A stretch of DNA of 64,000 nt from Squalus acanthias. Taxonomy: Eukaryota. Below, in pieces: positions 59,810 through 64,000 of this stretch. Made by a program: the position numbers and the translations under genes. Each line of letters starts with the position of its first letter. Position 1 is the stretch's first letter. Under the pieces are notes generated by a model. It was not told where the DNA came from, made no database searches, and saw only the letters and a program-made list of their open reading frames with translations. The stretch spans positions 310,001 to 374,000 of the forward strand of contig JASTWF010000138.1 of the NCBI GenBank assembly GCA_030390025.1, written 5' to 3'.

Positions 59810-60060
59810 CAGCCAATGAGGGAGCTCCGGACTCAGCCCCGCCCAATGGGTGCAGCTAGCCCTGCCCCTCTGACGCTCCGATTGGTTGGAAGACCAACCG
59901 CCCGCTCGGTCCTCCAGCCCCGCCCTGCTCTTCCTATTGGTCCGCAGCTCCCGTCAATCACCCGAGCAGTATGAGCTGAGCATGCGCGGGCGGCGGTGGC
60001 GACTGTGGGTGAGGCAGCAGGTGAGAGATGGGTGGAGGGAGCGGGTTAATAAACCCCGGG
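59810..60060 (+). promoter_or_regulatory. Orphan copy of the ZNF-family CpG promoter
   Basis: ccgattggttggaagacc...tcctccagccccgccc...cctattggtc...gtcaatca matches 3575-3645 and 10033-10118; gcatgcgc; possible donor caggtgag at ~60018. Confidence 0.65.
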
Positions 60061-60083
60061 GGGATGCGGGCTTCACCCATACC

Positions 60084-61866
60084 GGCCGGAATTTTACCGG
60101 CGCTCAGAGTGCGGGTTTCCAGATGGGTCCGCTGTCAAAATCACAAAGATTGACAGCGGGTCGGTATCTCGCTGTAAACCCGCCTCCTTGCCAATTTTCC
60201 AAGTGTCCGTCTGTCATCCCTGAACAGACCCGACACCAAGCGGTCAGCCAATTTAGATACTTAAAAACTTGTTAAAAGGTAGCTAAGCACCATTTTCCCA
60301 TGTGCTTACTATTTTACCAGGTTTATAACGAGGTTCCTGGAGAGCGGCTGTCACGTCAGGTAAGTATGTCGGGTTCTCAATGACTGTGGATTGTTGTGAA
60401 TCGGTGAAAGCAGCAAAAGTGGTATAAAATCTTCCATTTCACAGTTGTTCACTTCCCAATCTTAGAAGCTGGAGCATTAATGATTTGGAACCCACTTTTG
60501 AGCTTTATGCACTTTTGAAATGCTTGGAGGAAACTCTCTATCCACTGTCACCTTCTTGGAATAAGCTCTCTCACCATTGACAGATTACTTCTGTCATCTC
60601 AACCTCACCTGCCATCTATTTCATCAGTATCGGTGCCCTTGAAAAAATCTCACCATGGTCCTCAGAATCCCAACACGATCAGCTGCAACACCAGCATCAC
60701 CGTGCACACCAGCAGCACCAACAACAAAACTAACCTTCTCCGCAATCACCTGATGCTGCACAGGACACAGGGCATCAGCACCCATCCACATTGCTGCCCG
60801 GGATGCCAGCGATGGACTCACCATGGCCAGATTTGCTTCATTTAACACTGTGCACCCTGGCTGCTACATGATGCACCAGGTTGGCACCACCCCACACCAG
60901 CACCATAAAGTATCCCTGCAATATCCAAGTCATTCCTTTCACACTCATCACCATTGTGGGGTGGGGGTGGGGGTTCGTCATGTCTCACCATTCACTGCAA
61001 CTCACAGAGACACTTTCAAAGGTGGACACAAATCTGTCCAAGAAGGCAAAGTGGTGAGAATAAGGGTTTCAATGCTTGACAACACGTTAACAGAAAGTTT
61101 ACACAAACATTGACTAAAACACCCCAGTGCCTACCCTTATGTGTTGTTAGTTGGTATGATTGGACCACGTTGAGGGTGAGTGTGAGGGGTGGCTAGTGAG
61201 ATGGGGCAGTGTTAAGATAGATAGAGAGGGATGGGTGGAGGTGCAAGGTAAGATTGTGTGAGTAACGATGTGCAGGAGTAGGGTAGGGAAGGCAGAGTGA
61301 TGGGGATGTGATGAGTGGCACAGCAGGATGAGGTTGACTGTGGCTTGGCAGTAACGTTTCGTGATCTACTGGGATCATTGAAAGGTTTGTGCCACAGCAG
61401 CTTTGTCCTCCTCACGACATCCCTGCTTATGCCCTTGAGTGCAATGTGAAACCAGGCTGCGTTGGTCTCCTGGGGAGGAACTTCCACCCATTGGAAGGGT
61501 AGAGAACCTGCTTGCGTGCTGTGACTCCCTCCATAAGCATATGGAGGGAACCTGGGTGCAGCCGTGCACCTTTGTGCAGTGCTTGTCAGTGTTTGCCGCA
61601 CCTCAGCGCTGTAGAACACTGACAGCAGAACTGTTTATATCAATTGTGGGCATGACCCCTTTGAGGAAACCGGCTGATGATGCGTCAACAGATGACGTCA
61701 TCAGACCCGCTTCATTTTAATTGGCCGGGAACCTCGCAGGGCGGGCTTGACAAGCTCAGTCAGAGCAAAATCACTTGGAAGAGGTGGGATGACGACGGGT
61801 GTGGTTTTTGCGGACGCTTTCTACTCAGGCAGCACCGGACTCGCCTTGGCTGGCGAAATCGCGTCC
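60084..61866 (-). mobile_element. Second Harbinger-type element, inverted relative to 52979-56366
   Basis: End ggccggaattttaccggcgctcaga is the reverse complement of 56342-56366; Myb-like remnant LTSTAQRCTAAPRF... Confidence 0.72.
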
Positions 61867-62655
61867 TTCGTATTCGTAATAAATTCGAATAACAAATCTA
61901 CAAAATATGTGTAAAGTTCAGCATATTGCTGCCAAGCTTGTAACTTTAACAGTAGGACTGCGTGATCTCATAGAACATCCTCCTTCCGAGTCCGCAGTGC
62001 TAGAGTTGGCTGACCCGCCTCCCTCTGGTCACTCGTGGTCACCTCTAGTTCGGCCTGGTCTGTAGCTGTAGTATTTCTTCTTTCTCCCGCCAGTTCCTTT
62101 CTCCCGGGTGGACCGAACTTGCCGTCTGTTCTCAGAAACGTCACTCTTACAATCCCAATGGTTCACTTAAAACATTACCGGCAACTGGTTGGACAACTCA
62201 AACTTTAAGTCTCACTCTTAACAGTGTATTAACTAAGAAACTCCGATTCACAAACTGTTCCTTTCTTTAAACCTCTGAATACATCTCTAGAAATATTTAA
62301 ACATTTATGAGCACCTGTCACCTTCTTTCTCCCTCAAAACCTGTCTGCTTTAGGTGTCAAAAATACTATATCATATAAATTAATTTTAAAAGAACGATCC
62401 CCCTTTCTCGTCTATACCCAAATCTGCCCAACGGAAGTGATCCGTTGTATTGTGAGATACTATTTTGTCAATCGCTAATCATACGTCAAAAATTTATATT
62501 GAGCCAGCCTTGCTCATAAGCTGTGAAACTCCTTTGACTTTTTCTCACATAAAGTTAAGGCAACAAGACATTAGATATAAAGCACTGCTTTCCATTACTT
62601 ATCCCAGATACTTCCTATCTTGGTCACTCAACATTCCTTCATTAAACCGTGTAAA

Positions 62656-62740
62656 ACTTCTGACGAAAGGTCAGCGACCTGAAACGTTAACTCTGATTCT
62701 CTCTCCACACATGCTGCCTCACCTGCTGAGTATTTCCAGC
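62656..62740 (+). mobile_element. Penelope 3' end remnant with hammerhead core
   Basis: tt-CTGACGA-aaggtc-agc-gacct-GAAAC-GTT-aact, then ctctccacacatgctgcc...cctgctgag...ttccagc. Confidence 0.72.
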
Positions 62741-62983
62741 ACTTTCTCTTTGTATTTTTGTAAAACTTGGGTGTGCCCGTTCTCTGGACTCTAATTGGAA
62801 CCAGCTGCTACCTGTGAAAATGTCTTTTTTTCTAGCACAACTTTCTGAAGTACCCACGGTTCTTAGTATCAACGCTCTCAATTTCCCCAAGGTTCCACGG
62901 GACTGCTGCTAATCCCATTTTAGGTCCACTTCCCTATATACCGCTGCTCAATTATTCGGAATTTTGCGTCAATTTCAGCTGCG

Positions 62984-63001
62984 AGCCACTAGATGGCAGC
63001 G
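62984..63001 (+). promoter_or_regulatory. CTCF-binding motif
   Basis: ccactagatggcag matches the core consensus. Confidence 0.6.
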
Positions 63002-63904
63002 TGTTACTGTAATGAGATTGATACAGTTTGCTGTATTGCATTTCCTACCATTTAACATTATGGCAACAATGCTTGACTAAAATAGAAACAGTGATATTTG
63101 TACAGCAAAGATTTCCTCAAGTTAAGTTATTGTGGTGCTCCGTGTCCATTTCCCTGTGCTCTGGGTTGGCCGTTTCCCCTTCAGTTCTATCAGATTATAC
63201 GAACACTCCCTTTCCATTTACCTCTGCTCTGGGTTGGCTGTTTCCAGTTCAGTTCTATCAGATTATAGCTGGATGAACAGACAAGTTATAGCGTAAATCA
63301 AAATGCAGCGTAAAGATACATAAATATGAAACTGTGGGAAGTAACAGCGCTCAGATAGGCGAAGATCCTGTTTGGTAACGATAATACAAAAAGCATCAGT
63401 GTGACTGACAATACCTTTGATACTTTACATTACGAAAAATGTTAGAAGTATTTAAAGCTGGGAACAAAAAGCATACTGTAGAGAGAAAAAGACCCCATGA
63501 ATCAGTGAGTAAATGTGCCAACTGGTGCTACCAAATGCAGCCAGGAAAGTTCTAGATGAAGGTGCCGGTCTGTACTGAGTGAGCGATGGAGCGGTTACAG
63601 TGGGTGTCAACCCTCCATTTCCACGTTAGATCGGGGATCAATCAGCCGGAGATCCTGCTCCCGATCGCTATCTTACTATCACTCTAAGTGTGAATCAGGA
63701 GTGAGGAGAAGTTTGGACTCGCCTTTGATCAGCTACATGGTCCAATCTCACCATCGAGTCTCGCTGAGGTACCGAATGGGGCTGGAAGAGCCGGAAACTT
63801 TTGTAGATAGAATCAGCAGCTAAAGCAGAGGAAGAAAGGCACATGTGGGACCCAACTGAAGTTCTCAATATGAAGATACAGATATATAAAAAGGACATTG
63901 GTGC

Positions 63905-64000
63905 CCATCAAATAACAATGGTGATTAGTGTCCATCAAATAACAATGGTCATTGGTGTCCATCAAATAACAATGTTGATTAGTGTCCATCAAATAACAAT
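63905..64000 (+). repeat. 27-bp tandem repeat running off the window
   Basis: (ccatcaaataacaatggtgattagtgt)n. Confidence 0.85.

Overview
Eukaryotic genomic DNA from a cartilaginous fish (shark-type). The core is one complete, unrearranged, apparently functional IgM heavy-chain minilocus on the minus strand (about 25.9-44.6 kb). Its order is promoter, leader, VH-23RSS, 12-D1-22, 12-D2-12, 23-JH, Cmu1-Cmu4 with secretory tail, then TM1 and TM2. All splice sites and phases were read by eye and are consistent. A strong CTCF-like site lies just past its 3' end. Positions 1-25 kb hold a cluster of effector-less C2H2 zinc-finger genes and pseudogenes, including a 14 x 84-bp homogenised finger array. 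The rest is dense in mobile DNA: CR1 and L2 LINEs, two SINE families, two inverted Harbinger-type elements, and Penelope-like elements carrying minimal hammerhead ribozymes. There are also several minisatellites and a 166-N assembly gap. The most interesting points are: a 7-nt G-rich extension between the VH CAR codons and its RSS; apparent loss of extra Cmu2 cysteines; a candidate in-frame mini-exon between Cmu2 and Cmu3; a degenerate tandem array in the J-C intron; a CR1-derived minisatellite that mimics signal joints; and the ribozyme family. No database searches were run. Family assignments rest on motif recognition.
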